From assembly GCA_963663965.2 (NCBI GenBank), contig CAXXFK010000029.1, positions 224,001 through 288,000 of the forward strand: 64,000 nucleotides of DNA, given 5' to 3'. Shown one piece after another: positions 28,983-39,148 of the stretch (positions are counted from its first letter, which is position 1; each line of letters starts with the position of its first letter). This DNA is from Sedimentisphaerales bacterium (GTDB lineage Bacteria; Planctomycetota; Phycisphaerae; Sedimentisphaerales; SM23-30). The notes under the pieces were generated by a model, which made no database searches, was not told the DNA's origin, and saw only the letters and a program-made list of their open reading frames with translations. Position numbers and translations under genes: made by a program.

Positions 28983-30683
28983 TTAGAATGGATAGGCCGA
29001 GGGACGTTGAATGCCCGGGATTCGTTGTGACTGAAAAGCCAACGGGCTGTCCGGTTCCAATTCACAAACAGTACGCCAGGCGTACATGGCACGATCTACC
29101 AAAGCCATATTCTGCAAGGCAAGCATGACATTGGATTTTATGTATGCGGATTTATTATCCTGCTGATCCGCTGCCAGACCAATTTGTTCCATGGTAAGCG
29201 CGAATTGGATACGATCACAATACATCAGTGCCAGGCGATAGTGTAATTCAGCGCTTTCTTCATCCAGTACCATGCTATTGGCAAACTGGATATCCGATTC
29301 TGTTTTATTGCCGATTTCACGCATTAACAGGCCGAATTTAATGGCGGCTTTCTGGTAGGAAGGGTTAATCATTAACGCGCGGCGCAGGTGATATTCTGAT
29401 TCTTTAATATCGCCTTTGCCTCGCATCAGGACCGCATAATTATAGTGGAGACTGGCCTGATCGGGCGTTCGCGCGAGTGCCTGGCGATGGCGGTCGAGTT
29501 GTGCTTCGAGCAGATCCTCGGTCATGACAGAAAGATCGGAAGGATCATCACTTGCTAAAAAAGGGTGGGACCTTCTCTGCCGAATTACCATTTTCATCTG
29601 CAGGCGATTCATTTCGGCATAAAGAAGATTGGTATTTGGTTCCAGAGCCGCGGCCAATTCCAGCGTATCATCCGCCTCGGCGGTTTTGCCCGCCATCTGC
29701 TGGGCAACGCCAAGGCCAATATAGGCCGCGATAATCCTGTCGTTGATTTCTATGGCGTAATTGAACATCAGCGCGGCATCGTAGAAGCGATGCATGCGCA
29801 TATGTTGCGTTCCGAGTTTAACCGCCGCTTCCAGATAGCCGGGATGGATTTCCAGGGCACGTTTGTAATTAGCGACCGCGAGTTTGTCTTCGCCCGTCTG
29901 GCTGTACAGATCCGCCAACCGGATAAAAGAATCCGCAAAAGACTGCCCCTCATCATCCAGCACGGCTTTCATTCGTTCAATGGCTTCATCAATCTGGCCA
30001 TTTTTCACCAATGTTTCGATCTCGTCGTTGTGAGAATCAAAATTATCCGGTTCAATGGTCAATGCTTTTTCAAATGCGGAAATGGCATGATCGTATTGAC
30101 GCGTTTGCAGATAAAATTGTCCCAATGTCAGGCAATACCAGACATCTTCCGGATGTTCGCGCTGTAATACCCGCAATAGCTCTATTGCTTTGGTGTATTT
30201 GAGCTGATAGAGTTCAATTGCGGCCAGGCGTTCTCGACTGTGCCTCAGGTAAGGTTTTTGTTCCGAGCCTTTTTTATACCAATTCCGGGCCAGATCGATT
30301 TTGCCTTTTCGCTCATAACAATACCCCAGCGCCAGGCAAACTCTGGCGTCTGAGTGTTCACGATTAATCTGTTCGAGCCTTTCAACCGCTTTATCGAGGT
30401 TTCCGGAAGAACTGTGCATGGCGGCCCATGCCAGGTCAACATCCAGATTATCCGGATTTTTCTCAAGCAGCATAGAAAAGACTTTTTCCGCTTTAGGAAT
30501 AGAGCCACTTTGAGCGTAATGGATTCCGATTCGCATCAAATTGGCAATATGACCAGGATTTGTTTCAATCGCTTCTTCGAGTAATTCGACATCTTCACTC
30601 GAGAGCGGTCTGGACCAGGGTAAAACCATTGACATCATTGGGATGTCGAGCCCACGGCCCAGTAATTCAAGAAGGTAACTCAT
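28983..30683 (-). CDS. Tetratricopeptide repeat protein
   Basis: Many 34-aa TPR units (e.g. AISAFEKALTIEPDN, AVANYKRALEIHPGY). Confidence 0.88.
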   Translation of the reverse strand: MSYLLELLGRGLDIPMMSMVLPWSRPLSSEDVELLEEAIETNPGHIANLMRIGIHYAQSGSIPKAEKVFSMLLEKNPDNLDVDLAWAAMHSSSGNLDKAVERLEQINREHSDARVCLALGYCYERKGKIDLARNWYKKGSEQKPYLRHSRERLAAIELYQLKYTKAIELLRVLQREHPEDVWYCLTLGQFYLQTRQYDHAISAFEKALTIEPDNFDSHNDEIETLVKNGQIDEAIERMKAVLDDEGQSFADSFIRLADLYSQTGEDKLAVANYKRALEIHPGYLEAAVKLGTQHMRMHRFYDAALMFNYAIEINDRIIAAYIGLGVAQQMAGKTAEADDTLELAAALEPNTNLLYAEMNRLQMKMVIRQRRSHPFLASDDPSDLSVMTEDLLEAQLDRHRQALARTPDQASLHYNYAVLMRGKGDIKESEYHLRRALMINPSYQKAAIKFGLLMREIGNKTESDIQFANSMVLDEESAELHYRLALMYCDRIQFALTMEQIGLAADQQDNKSAYIKSNVMLALQNMALVDRAMYAWRTVCELEPDSPLAFQSQRIPGIQRPSAYPF

Positions 30684-31241
30684 ATTGCTGCCATCTCCTG
30701 TTTAACACACACAAGTATCTCGCATACAAAATCTTTAAGACATGAGGCATATCGACCCGGTCTAAAGGGTGCTTAATAGCAAAACCTCATTTACGAGGCT
30801 GAAACAGGGGATTCCAATCCGCCTAAACGGTACATTCCGTAAGGCTTTTCCAGATAGTCACAAATGTCGCTTACCGGACTGAAAAAGGGTTTGGGCTGTA
30901 ACGATTATCCGGTGCATGGATAAAGGGGGGAAATTGATATTTTAGTAACTGTTTGCAATGTCAGAAGTTATCGGACCTGTCATTCTTGAACTGCCTGACA
31001 TGATTCATGAACATGAGACGGATTTTCGGGTAGCTGGAATTGTTTGAAAGTATCCAAAAGACCTCAATGCCAAAATTTCGTTCACTACCGGCAAAGATTT
31101 GCTACAATATGGGCTTGCAGGATGTTTTTAACTATGATTTCAGTCCCTGTGAAATTGAATAACTCTGTGTCAATATCTGCCATTTGAATGGATCTGAATC
31201 ATATTTGTTGGAAATTAATACTTAACGAAGAGTCAGAATTG

Positions 31242-33350
31242 ATGGATGTTACTCGAACGATCATTTTAAATCGGGGCGATGTGTCGCAAAAGCGCCGGGA
31301 AATTCAAGATTATTTTCATGCGACATTTGATATTGATGAAAAATTAATGAAGCATCTGGCTGACGATAACACATTTTATCTGCGCGCCGATCCGCTGCGT
31401 CATCCATTGATATTTTATTTTGGTCATACCGCGGTATTTTATATAAACAAATTGATTTTAGCAGAGTCGCTTAAGGAAAGAATTCATCCTGAATACGAAT
31501 CGATGTTTGCTGTAGGGGTGGATGAAATGTCATGGGATGATCTCAATGAGTCGCACTATGACTGGCCGTCAGTCCGCGAAGTACAGGATTATCGGAATCA
31601 AGTACGGCAAGTTGTCGATACATTAATCCAGACGATGAATCTGGAAATGCCAATTAACTGGAGTAATCCCTGGTGGATAATCATGATGGGTATTGAACAT
31701 GCGCGAATCCATCTGGAGACGTCATCAGTATTAATCAGGCAGTTGCCTCTTGAACGGGTACGACCTGTCGCTGGTTGGCAGATATGTGAAAAAGGTGGGC
31801 CGTCTCCACAGAACAACCTGCTCGAGGTTGAGGCCGGCCAGGCAACATTAGGCAAAAACAGAGAACACAGGCTTTATGGCTGGGATAACGAGTTCGGAAC
31901 GCATGTTGCCGAGGTGAGCAGATTTCTGGCATCGAAGTATCTGGTTTCGAATCAGGAGTATCTGGAATTTGTGGAAGACGGTGGATATAAAACAGAACGC
32001 TGGTGGACTGAAGAAGGATGGAACTGGCGGTTATATAAACAACCGGAGTACCCCCTGTTCTGGAGAAATTATGGCAATCAGTGGCATCTGCGAACGGTTG
32101 CCAGTGAAATTGCAATGCCCTGGAACTGGCCGGTTGAAGTAAACTATCTGGAAGCCAAGGCGTTTTGCAACTGGAAATCTGAAAAGGATGGATTGCCGAT
32201 TCGGTTGCCAACGGAAGATGAGTGGTATCGCCTGCGGGATTTACATGTTTTAAACGACCAACCGGACTGGCTCCAGGCGCCGGGAAATATCAATCTGGAG
32301 CATTATTGTTCTTCGTGCCCGATCGATCAATTCGCCTTTGGAGAATTCTATGATATTATTGGAAACGTCTGGCAATGGACAGAGACGCCGATTTATCCAT
32401 TGGATGGTTTTAAGACCCATCCGGTCTATGATGATTTTTCTACTCCAACATTTGACAATAAACATAATCTGATTAAAGGAGGATCATGGATTTCAACTGG
32501 TAACGAAGCGACTCGTGACAGCCGCTACGCATTTCGTCGGCATTTTTATCAGCATGCCGGATTGCGATATATTCAAAGTGACAAATCCGTTGAAATGATG
32601 CATGTGCCCTATGAATGTGAACCGGAAGTCTGTCAAGCCTGTGAGTTGCATTATGGCAATGAAATATTAGGAGTATCCAATTTCCCTGCCGCCATTGCAC
32701 AAACCTGTGTGGAATTGATGAATGGTCGGCCCAAACGAAGAGCGCTTGATCTGGGGTGTTCGGCTGGCAGAGCGACCTGGGAACTGGCCAAGTCATTTGA
32801 ACAGGTAACGGGTATAGATTTAACGGCGCGGATTATGCGTGTTGGCGATGACATGAAACGTGATGGCCGGATTCGATATCGTATGGCTGAAGAGGGAGAA
32901 TTAGAGAGTTATCACGAGAGAACCCTCGAAGAATTGGGTTATGAAGACTTAATAGATAAAGTGGAATTCTGGCAGAACGATCCATGTAACCTGAAACAGA
33001 AGGCGCTTTTTAATGATTATGACTTGGTTTTGGTTCAGGATTTGCTGATTCGTCTTTATGATCCCGAGAGATTCTTGCGGGAAATTCATTTTCAAATGAC
33101 CGAGCGGGCTTTGCTGGTGATTGTGACTTCCAATCAGTGGGCAACAGAGAGTGTGCCAAAAAATAAATGGCTGGGGGGATATCGAAAAGATGGAGATCCT
33201 TATCGTACGCATGAGGGATTAAAGGATATTCTATCCGACCGCTTCGAATTAATCGATGGCCCCCGTGAATATCCTCGAGTAATCCGAATAAATTCTCAAC
33301 GGTTCACTTATGAAAGATTAGAATTGACAGCCTGGGAAAAGTTGTATTGA
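31242..33350 (+). CDS. ovoA: 5-histidylcysteine sulfoxide synthase / SAM methyltransferase (ovothiol biosynthesis)
   Basis: DinB-like LRHPLIFYFGHT, VGVDEMSWDD, HxxxHxE iron motif (HARIHLE), FGE-sulfatase domain (YGWDNEFG, GNVWQW, HPVYDDFS, RRHFYQHAG), C-terminal ALDLGCSAGR methyltransferase. Confidence 0.93.
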   Translation: MDVTRTIILNRGDVSQKRREIQDYFHATFDIDEKLMKHLADDNTFYLRADPLRHPLIFYFGHTAVFYINKLILAESLKERIHPEYESMFAVGVDEMSWDDLNESHYDWPSVREVQDYRNQVRQVVDTLIQTMNLEMPINWSNPWWIIMMGIEHARIHLETSSVLIRQLPLERVRPVAGWQICEKGGPSPQNNLLEVEAGQATLGKNREHRLYGWDNEFGTHVAEVSRFLASKYLVSNQEYLEFVEDGGYKTERWWTEEGWNWRLYKQPEYPLFWRNYGNQWHLRTVASEIAMPWNWPVEVNYLEAKAFCNWKSEKDGLPIRLPTEDEWYRLRDLHVLNDQPDWLQAPGNINLEHYCSSCPIDQFAFGEFYDIIGNVWQWTETPIYPLDGFKTHPVYDDFSTPTFDNKHNLIKGGSWISTGNEATRDSRYAFRRHFYQHAGLRYIQSDKSVEMMHVPYECEPEVCQACELHYGNEILGVSNFPAAIAQTCVELMNGRPKRRALDLGCSAGRATWELAKSFEQVTGIDLTARIMRVGDDMKRDGRIRYRMAEEGELESYHERTLEELGYEDLIDKVEFWQNDPCNLKQKALFNDYDLVLVQDLLIRLYDPERFLREIHFQMTERALLVIVTSNQWATESVPKNKWLGGYRKDGDPYRTHEGLKDILSDRFELIDGPREYPRVIRINSQRFTYERLELTAWEKLY

Positions 33351-33421
33351 ACCTGTTTCCGGATAAATAACGAACCTGTAAATCAAAAATAAACCACAAA
33401 AACACTGGAGAAACTAAACCC

Positions 33422-34084
33422 ATGAATAATCAACCCAAGGCGGTAATATTTGATCTGGACGGTGTGTTGATCGATACCGGGTCTTATCATGAACAATCCT
33501 TCCGAGATCTGGCAGCGCTTTATGGATTGAATATGTCCGATACGTTTTTTATCGATACCTTCGGTATGCAAAACCGGCAAAGTCTGCCCATTCTGGCAGG
33601 AAGGTCTTTGACAGATTCTGAAACCCAGGAATTGTCCGATTGGAAGGAACAGCGTTATCGTGAGTTAATTGCGGGAAAAATGACCTTGCTGGCGGGAGTG
33701 CGAGATTTATTAAACGATTTAAAAAAGAACGGTTATCGTACGGCAATTGGGACATCGACACCACGTAAAAACGTTGAGTTTATGATGGATAATACTCACG
33801 TTCAGGATTTATTCGATGCGTATACCTGTAGTGAAGAGGTTCAAAAAAGCAAGCCCGCCCCGGATACCTTTTTATCCGCCGCCAGCAAACTGGGAGTACC
33901 TCCTGAACAATGTTTGGTTATTGAAGACGCGATTGTTGGGGTGGAAGCCGGACTCAATGCCGGAATGCGGGTACTGGCGGTTACCACTACGCGCACTCGA
34001 GAAGAACTGGCACGAGCCCATCGCATTATTGACAGTTTGACTGAAATTACTTCCGCAGATATTGAAACGATGATATTTGGTTGA
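33422..34084 (+). CDS. HAD family phosphatase (beta-phosphoglucomutase-like)
   Basis: FDLDGVLID, GTS, KPAPD, VIEDAIVG. Confidence 0.9.
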   Translation: MNNQPKAVIFDLDGVLIDTGSYHEQSFRDLAALYGLNMSDTFFIDTFGMQNRQSLPILAGRSLTDSETQELSDWKEQRYRELIAGKMTLLAGVRDLLNDLKKNGYRTAIGTSTPRKNVEFMMDNTHVQDLFDAYTCSEEVQKSKPAPDTFLSAASKLGVPPEQCLVIEDAIVGVEAGLNAGMRVLAVTTTRTREELARAHRIIDSLTEITSADIETMIFG

Positions 34085-35607
34085 AATTGAATTTAACTGC
34101 CATGTCAAAAGGTCTAAGGACAATTATTGATTGCTATACGGATGAACCGGCCGGTCTGGGAGTGCCGCCATTCCTTGGGACTTATCCACGCCTGGTTGCG
34201 GGATGGTTCAAGGAAGAATCCGTCTATCTGACTATTGACGATGTCCGTTTGGCGTCTATTCCAGTGAAGATCAAGCAACGGACCTTTGATCCTCCGCACA
34301 CCCAAACCCGTAACGACTTGATCAATCACACCCGCCCGCAACAGGAAGCACAAGAAATATTAAAAGCCACCGAGGTATTTTATATTATTTGCGGTGTCCA
34401 GACTCCGGGTAAATATTTGCGGGCTGTTCCTGGTACGCTGGAAGAAATCGCGACATTACTCAAGCCGTATGCTGGACGAAAAATATTAACCGGTCCTGCC
34501 GCTTTGCATGGCTCTCAATTCCGAGGAGGCACAAAAGCTGAACAAGCCCAGGATTTCGATTTCGATGAAATTATCCCTGTACAATACGATCATTATAATG
34601 AATTTCAAGAGTGGATGGTTCGGGGCGCCGGAATCGTGAAGCAGATACCCTGGCAGGTAATTGCAGAACTGGAAACCGGTCGGGGTTGCCCTCGCGATCC
34701 GGGATGTTCGTTTTGTACCGAACCCCTCAAGGGTCAGGTCCGTTGGCGTGCGGCTGATCTGGTTGAGCGGGAGGCAGCTACCCTGATGGAGCAGGGTGTC
34801 CGCTGGATGCGGTTGGGAAAGCAATCATGCATATTCAGTTATATGGGCGGCGATGAAAGCAAAATTGAAGATTTATTGCGACGTATGCGGCGGTTGAATC
34901 CCGAATTGTTGCACATAGATAATGTCAATCCCGCTATGGTAACGGAAGCCCGAACGGAATTGTTCTGTCGTTATCTTACGCCGGGCAGTACGGCTGCCAT
35001 GGGGGCGGAGTCGTTTGATGAAGGTGTGTGTAAACTCAACAATCTTAATAGTGTGCCAGCGACGACACTTCAGGCCGTCAGGATAATTAACAAATATGGC
35101 AGCCAGATGGATCCAATGGGGCGATATATGCTATTGCCGGGAATCAATATTATTTTGGGTCTGGATGGCGAATCTCAAGAAACGCTGAATCGTAATTTTG
35201 AAGCTTTGAAAGCTATGTATGATGAAGGTTTATTAATTCGTAGAATAAATATCCGTCAGGTAGTGCCTTTCCCTGGCACTGCGTTGTATATGCAGGCCGG
35301 CAGTCGATTTTTGAAAAAAAATCGTAGTTTATATGTTGATTGGTCCAAGCAGATTCGTCATGAAATAGATATTCCCATGTTGCGGAGACTTTATCCGACT
35401 GGTACGATTTTGAGAGGATTAATCAGTGAAGGTCATATTGGTCATTTGACATATGGCCGTCAAATCGGCAGCTATCCAATCATCGCCAGTGTCAACGAGC
35501 GTCTCAAACTGGGGCAATGGTTTGATATTGAGGTCATAGATCATAAACCTCGAAGTCTTGTTGGCAAAGTTCTTGAGGATAAAGTTAGGATCGATATAGG
35601 TTCATAA
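34081..35607 (+). CDS. Radical SAM protein of COG1031 type, with C-terminal TRAM-like region
   Basis: IIDCYTDEPAGLGVPPF N-terminus, PGKYL, ETGRGCPRDPGCSFCTEP, LHIDNVNP, LLPGIN, RRINIRQV, GRQIGSYP. Confidence 0.8.
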   Translation: MKLNLTAMSKGLRTIIDCYTDEPAGLGVPPFLGTYPRLVAGWFKEESVYLTIDDVRLASIPVKIKQRTFDPPHTQTRNDLINHTRPQQEAQEILKATEVFYIICGVQTPGKYLRAVPGTLEEIATLLKPYAGRKILTGPAALHGSQFRGGTKAEQAQDFDFDEIIPVQYDHYNEFQEWMVRGAGIVKQIPWQVIAELETGRGCPRDPGCSFCTEPLKGQVRWRAADLVEREAATLMEQGVRWMRLGKQSCIFSYMGGDESKIEDLLRRMRRLNPELLHIDNVNPAMVTEARTELFCRYLTPGSTAAMGAESFDEGVCKLNNLNSVPATTLQAVRIINKYGSQMDPMGRYMLLPGINIILGLDGESQETLNRNFEALKAMYDEGLLIRRINIRQVVPFPGTALYMQAGSRFLKKNRSLYVDWSKQIRHEIDIPMLRRLYPTGTILRGLISEGHIGHLTYGRQIGSYPIIASVNERLKLGQWFDIEVIDHKPRSLVGKVLEDKVRIDIGS

Positions 35608-35791
35608 AGATAAAAGTTACGACTGGTATGCCCAGTGTGTAATTGAGGAATGTTCATCAGGGGGGATAATTGTAAGTGGTTATTATATTTTTAGTTACAA
35701 ATTGTTCAATTTAAAGTTAGACAAATTCAACATGAATTATTATACTGATAAGTCTAAATTTTACTGATTGACGAATATTTGATAATTTAAG

Positions 35792-35926
35792 AATTTGCCT
35801 CTGATAAAGCCTGCCGGGACCCGTGCAAATGTGCGGTGTGAACCTGGTCAGGCCGGGAACGGAGCAGCCATAAGCACTTAGTGCATTGTGCTTGGGTTCC
35901 CCGACAGGTTTTATCAGGGGCAAATT
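35792..35926 (+). ncRNA. ffs: Signal recognition particle RNA (small, 4.5S type)
   Basis: Domain IV GAACCTGGTCAGGCCGGGAACGGAGCAGCCA inside a long hairpin closed by AATTTGCCTCTGATAAAGCCTG / CAGGTTTTATCAGGGGCAAATT; directly upstream of dnaX. Confidence 0.92.
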
Positions 35927-35998
35927 AAATTTATCTGGTGGGTTAAAGGATTCGCGTAATAGAATTGTGAGCCTGACTATAGCATGTGAAAGGAATCT

Positions 35999-37747
35999 AT
36001 GGCTTATACGGTACTGGCCAGGCGATATCGTTCTGAAACCTTCGATGATCTGGTAGGTCAGGAGGCTATTGCTCAGACTCTAAAAAATGCTATCGTTTCG
36101 GACAGAGTTGCTCATGCGTATCTGTTTACCGGCACCCGCGGTGTCGGTAAGACCAGTATGGCGCGCATTCTGGCCAAAGCATTAAACTGTTTGGCGTTTG
36201 ATGCGCCGACGGCAACACCCTGTTGCAAATGTGAAAGTTGTCAGGCGATAAGTGTTGGTACGGATATTGACGTAATCGAGATTGATGGCGCCAGTAATAA
36301 CAGTGTAGATAATATCCGGGAAATGCGTCAGAGCGCGATTTATTCAGCCGCACGGTCTCGATTTAAAATCTATATTATTGACGAAGTGCATATGTTATCA
36401 GCAAGCGCATTTAACGCTTTGCTGAAAACACTGGAAGAACCCCCGCCGCATGTTAAATTTATTTTTGCTACGACCGAAGCCAATAAAATTTTGCCAACTA
36501 TCCTATCGCGGTGTCAGCGATTTGATTTTCGTAATATTCCTGCTGATGACATTGTGCGGCATTTGATGCAAGTGCTTGAACGCGAAGGGGTTAAATCGGA
36601 CGATGCCGTAGTGCGTCGTGTGGCGCGCCTGGCGAATGGATCTATGCGGGATGGTTTAAGTTTGCTGGATCAACTGTTAAGCATGGCTGGTGGAGAATTG
36701 CAAATGGCTATGCTTAACGAATTGCTGGGCACGCCGGGAAATGAGCAGGTGATAAAACTGGCAGATGCTATGGCTGGCGGTGATCTGGCTGCCGTTTTGA
36801 TGGAATTTGATCGCATTGTCACGGGTGGTTTTGTACTGGAGCAAGTGGTTGATGGCTTGCAGATGCATTTTCGCGATTTAATGATTCTCCGTCAATGTGG
36901 TTCAGATACGGAATTGGTGGATATTAGCGAACCTGAGCAGCGTCAGTGTGCGATTGAGCAATCGAAGTTATTTGATGATGCGACACTGGTATATCATATT
37001 ACTATTATGGAGGAGTTGAAACGTCATTTAAAAGCAAGCGGGGCTGGCCGGCCATTAGTGGAAGCGGCATTGGTCCGCCTGACAGTGAGCGAACGATTCA
37101 GTGATGCCAAGAATCTCATTGAATTATTGTGCGCTTTACCTGTCGGGGGTATGTCGCCAGGAAAAACCATTGAAGCCGGTTCGTCCACGATATCATCGCG
37201 TCCGAATTATAACGCTTCGACTGGCACTCCAGGCTGGAAAACGACATCGTCACCAAAAAAAACAGATGAAAGAGCCAAGGAATCTCCCCAGACCGAACCG
37301 CAAAAGATGTCGCCTGAAATCTCTTTAGAATATGGTCTCGAAGAGATGCGGCGTCAATGGCCGGCTTTAATCGAAAAAACCGGGATGTTCAAGCAGTTTT
37401 TAATGAAAGCGATAGTGAAAAGCTGGGATGGAAGTGAATTGGTAATCAGCTATGGCACGGAAGATCTGGCATTAGGAAAAGCGCTGGTATTGATGCCCGA
37501 TCACGTTAATCGGATGGAGAAGGGGTTTAGTGAGCTTTTTAACAAAAATATTAAGGTTCACATCGAAATGCCGGATGCTGATAACGGAAATTCAATGGCA
37601 ACGGTACGGGCCAGTAATCAGGCGGCTGCTCCTGGCGCACGGCCCAGTCGCCAGGATAATGAAAAGGCGATAAGTAATAAAAAAGTACAGCAAGTTATCG
37701 AAGCATTGAATGGGAAAATTGCCAGTATTGAGCGAATAAACGAGTGA
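35999..37747 (+). CDS. dnaX: DNA polymerase III subunit gamma/tau
   Basis: LARRYR, GTRGVGKT, CCKCESC Zn site, EIDGASNN, IIDEVHML, FNALLKTLEEP, SRC. Confidence 0.97.
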   Translation: MAYTVLARRYRSETFDDLVGQEAIAQTLKNAIVSDRVAHAYLFTGTRGVGKTSMARILAKALNCLAFDAPTATPCCKCESCQAISVGTDIDVIEIDGASNNSVDNIREMRQSAIYSAARSRFKIYIIDEVHMLSASAFNALLKTLEEPPPHVKFIFATTEANKILPTILSRCQRFDFRNIPADDIVRHLMQVLEREGVKSDDAVVRRVARLANGSMRDGLSLLDQLLSMAGGELQMAMLNELLGTPGNEQVIKLADAMAGGDLAAVLMEFDRIVTGGFVLEQVVDGLQMHFRDLMILRQCGSDTELVDISEPEQRQCAIEQSKLFDDATLVYHITIMEELKRHLKASGAGRPLVEAALVRLTVSERFSDAKNLIELLCALPVGGMSPGKTIEAGSSTISSRPNYNASTGTPGWKTTSSPKKTDERAKESPQTEPQKMSPEISLEYGLEEMRRQWPALIEKTGMFKQFLMKAIVKSWDGSELVISYGTEDLALGKALVLMPDHVNRMEKGFSELFNKNIKVHIEMPDADNGNSMATVRASNQAAAPGARPSRQDNEKAISNKKVQQVIEALNGKIASIERINE

Positions 37748-37869
37748 TTTGACTCGTTTCCAACTGTGGGAAAAAAGCATGATGTGATTTAAGGGCCAAC
37801 CGTTCCAAGGTTAAGGCGAATGAGTTTTCAAGAATTATTGTGATCATGCATTAACTGGATTCTTAAGCA

Positions 37870-39039
37870 ATGGCGACAGATCCTCATTATCATGTCTTAA
37901 TCATTTTAGAAACCTCACGTGAATATGGCAGGGGATTGTTAAGGGGGATATCCCAATTCAGCCGTGAGCATACTCACTGGATCATTGAAAGGCCTCCTTT
38001 TTTTTATCAGGTAGATAATTCTATTACCGACGATTTCAACCTGGTAGCCAATGGCCGGATCGATGGAATTATTATGCGGGATATAAATATTGATCTGCCT
38101 GAATCCATGAGGCGACTACCCATCGTCTATGCGAGCTATCGAGATGATAAAATTACTGATAAGGGCGTTAGAATCTTCACGGATGATCGCAAGATTGCGG
38201 GGGAGGTTTTCAATCATTTCTATGAAAGGGGCATTCAGAATCTGGCTTTTCTAGGTTATATGGGTATGTTCTGGTCGAAGAGCAGGGAATCTGCTTTTGG
38301 AAAAATCGCTGATACGCATGGATTAACCGTTAGTTGTCTAGAGCTGGAAACGAATTTCCGGGATATCCATGAGATACACAGTACGATAGGCAATTGGCTT
38401 AATACTCTGAATAAACCTGTGGGTTTGATGGTTTGTAATGATGATTGTGGACAGTTGGCACTGACGGCTTGCCGGGAATCTGGTTTGCAGGTACCTCAGG
38501 ATGTTTCAATTGTTGGAATCGACAATGATGAATTCGTATGCGGTTTGTCCCATCCGCCACTTTCCAGCATCGCCTTAAATCTGGAAGTCGCCGGTTATGA
38601 AGCCGCCAGGTGTCTGGATGCGTTGATGGCAGGAAAATCTCTGAATGAGCCGGTAATTTGGATTAAACCTACCTATGTTGTCATTCGACCGTCAAGCGAT
38701 TTGATGGCAGTTAAGGATGCAACGATTATTGAAGCAGTTAAATATGTTTATGATAATATTGATAAGCCCATTCAAGTGAATGACTTACAGCGTGAGTTGG
38801 CAATTGCTCGCCGGGTATTATACAGCAAATTTAAACAAAATCTGGGTTGCAGTGTGCATCAATTTATTAAAAAGGTTCGTGTGGATAAAATTAAGGTTCT
38901 CTTGAGAGAAACTGATCTTACGATTAATCAGATCGCACAAAAAATGGGATTTCCGGGCGCCGATCATTTTGCCAAATATTTTCGTTCCATACAGGGGGAA
39001 AATCCGGCTCAGTACCGTCAAAATCATCGTCGGGATTAA
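37870..39039 (+). CDS. XylR-type regulator (periplasmic-binding-fold sensor + AraC HTH)
   Basis: YGRGLLRGI, VPQDVSIVGIDND, PPLSSI, C-terminal AraC HTH (IAQKMGF..F). Confidence 0.88.
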   Translation: MATDPHYHVLIILETSREYGRGLLRGISQFSREHTHWIIERPPFFYQVDNSITDDFNLVANGRIDGIIMRDINIDLPESMRRLPIVYASYRDDKITDKGVRIFTDDRKIAGEVFNHFYERGIQNLAFLGYMGMFWSKSRESAFGKIADTHGLTVSCLELETNFRDIHEIHSTIGNWLNTLNKPVGLMVCNDDCGQLALTACRESGLQVPQDVSIVGIDNDEFVCGLSHPPLSSIALNLEVAGYEAARCLDALMAGKSLNEPVIWIKPTYVVIRPSSDLMAVKDATIIEAVKYVYDNIDKPIQVNDLQRELAIARRVLYSKFKQNLGCSVHQFIKKVRVDKIKVLLRETDLTINQIAQKMGFPGADHFAKYFRSIQGENPAQYRQNHRRD

Positions 39040-39148
39040 CTCAAAAATGCGATAGTTTGGACAATATGAGCGTTTACTCCAAGTGGAAGTCAGCGATAAT
39101 AGCATATTAATTAATGATCAATGAGTTATATGATTTGGGGAAGATACT

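Noticed and set aside
30740..30860. c-di-GMP-I riboswitch-like words (GGTCTAA, GCAAAACC)
   Set aside because: Elements are in the wrong order and the P2 GAAA/GACGCAAA context is missing
31242..33350. Selenium variant of the pathway (selenoneine/ovoselenol)
   Set aside because: No selenophosphate synthetase or selenosugar synthase gene in the window
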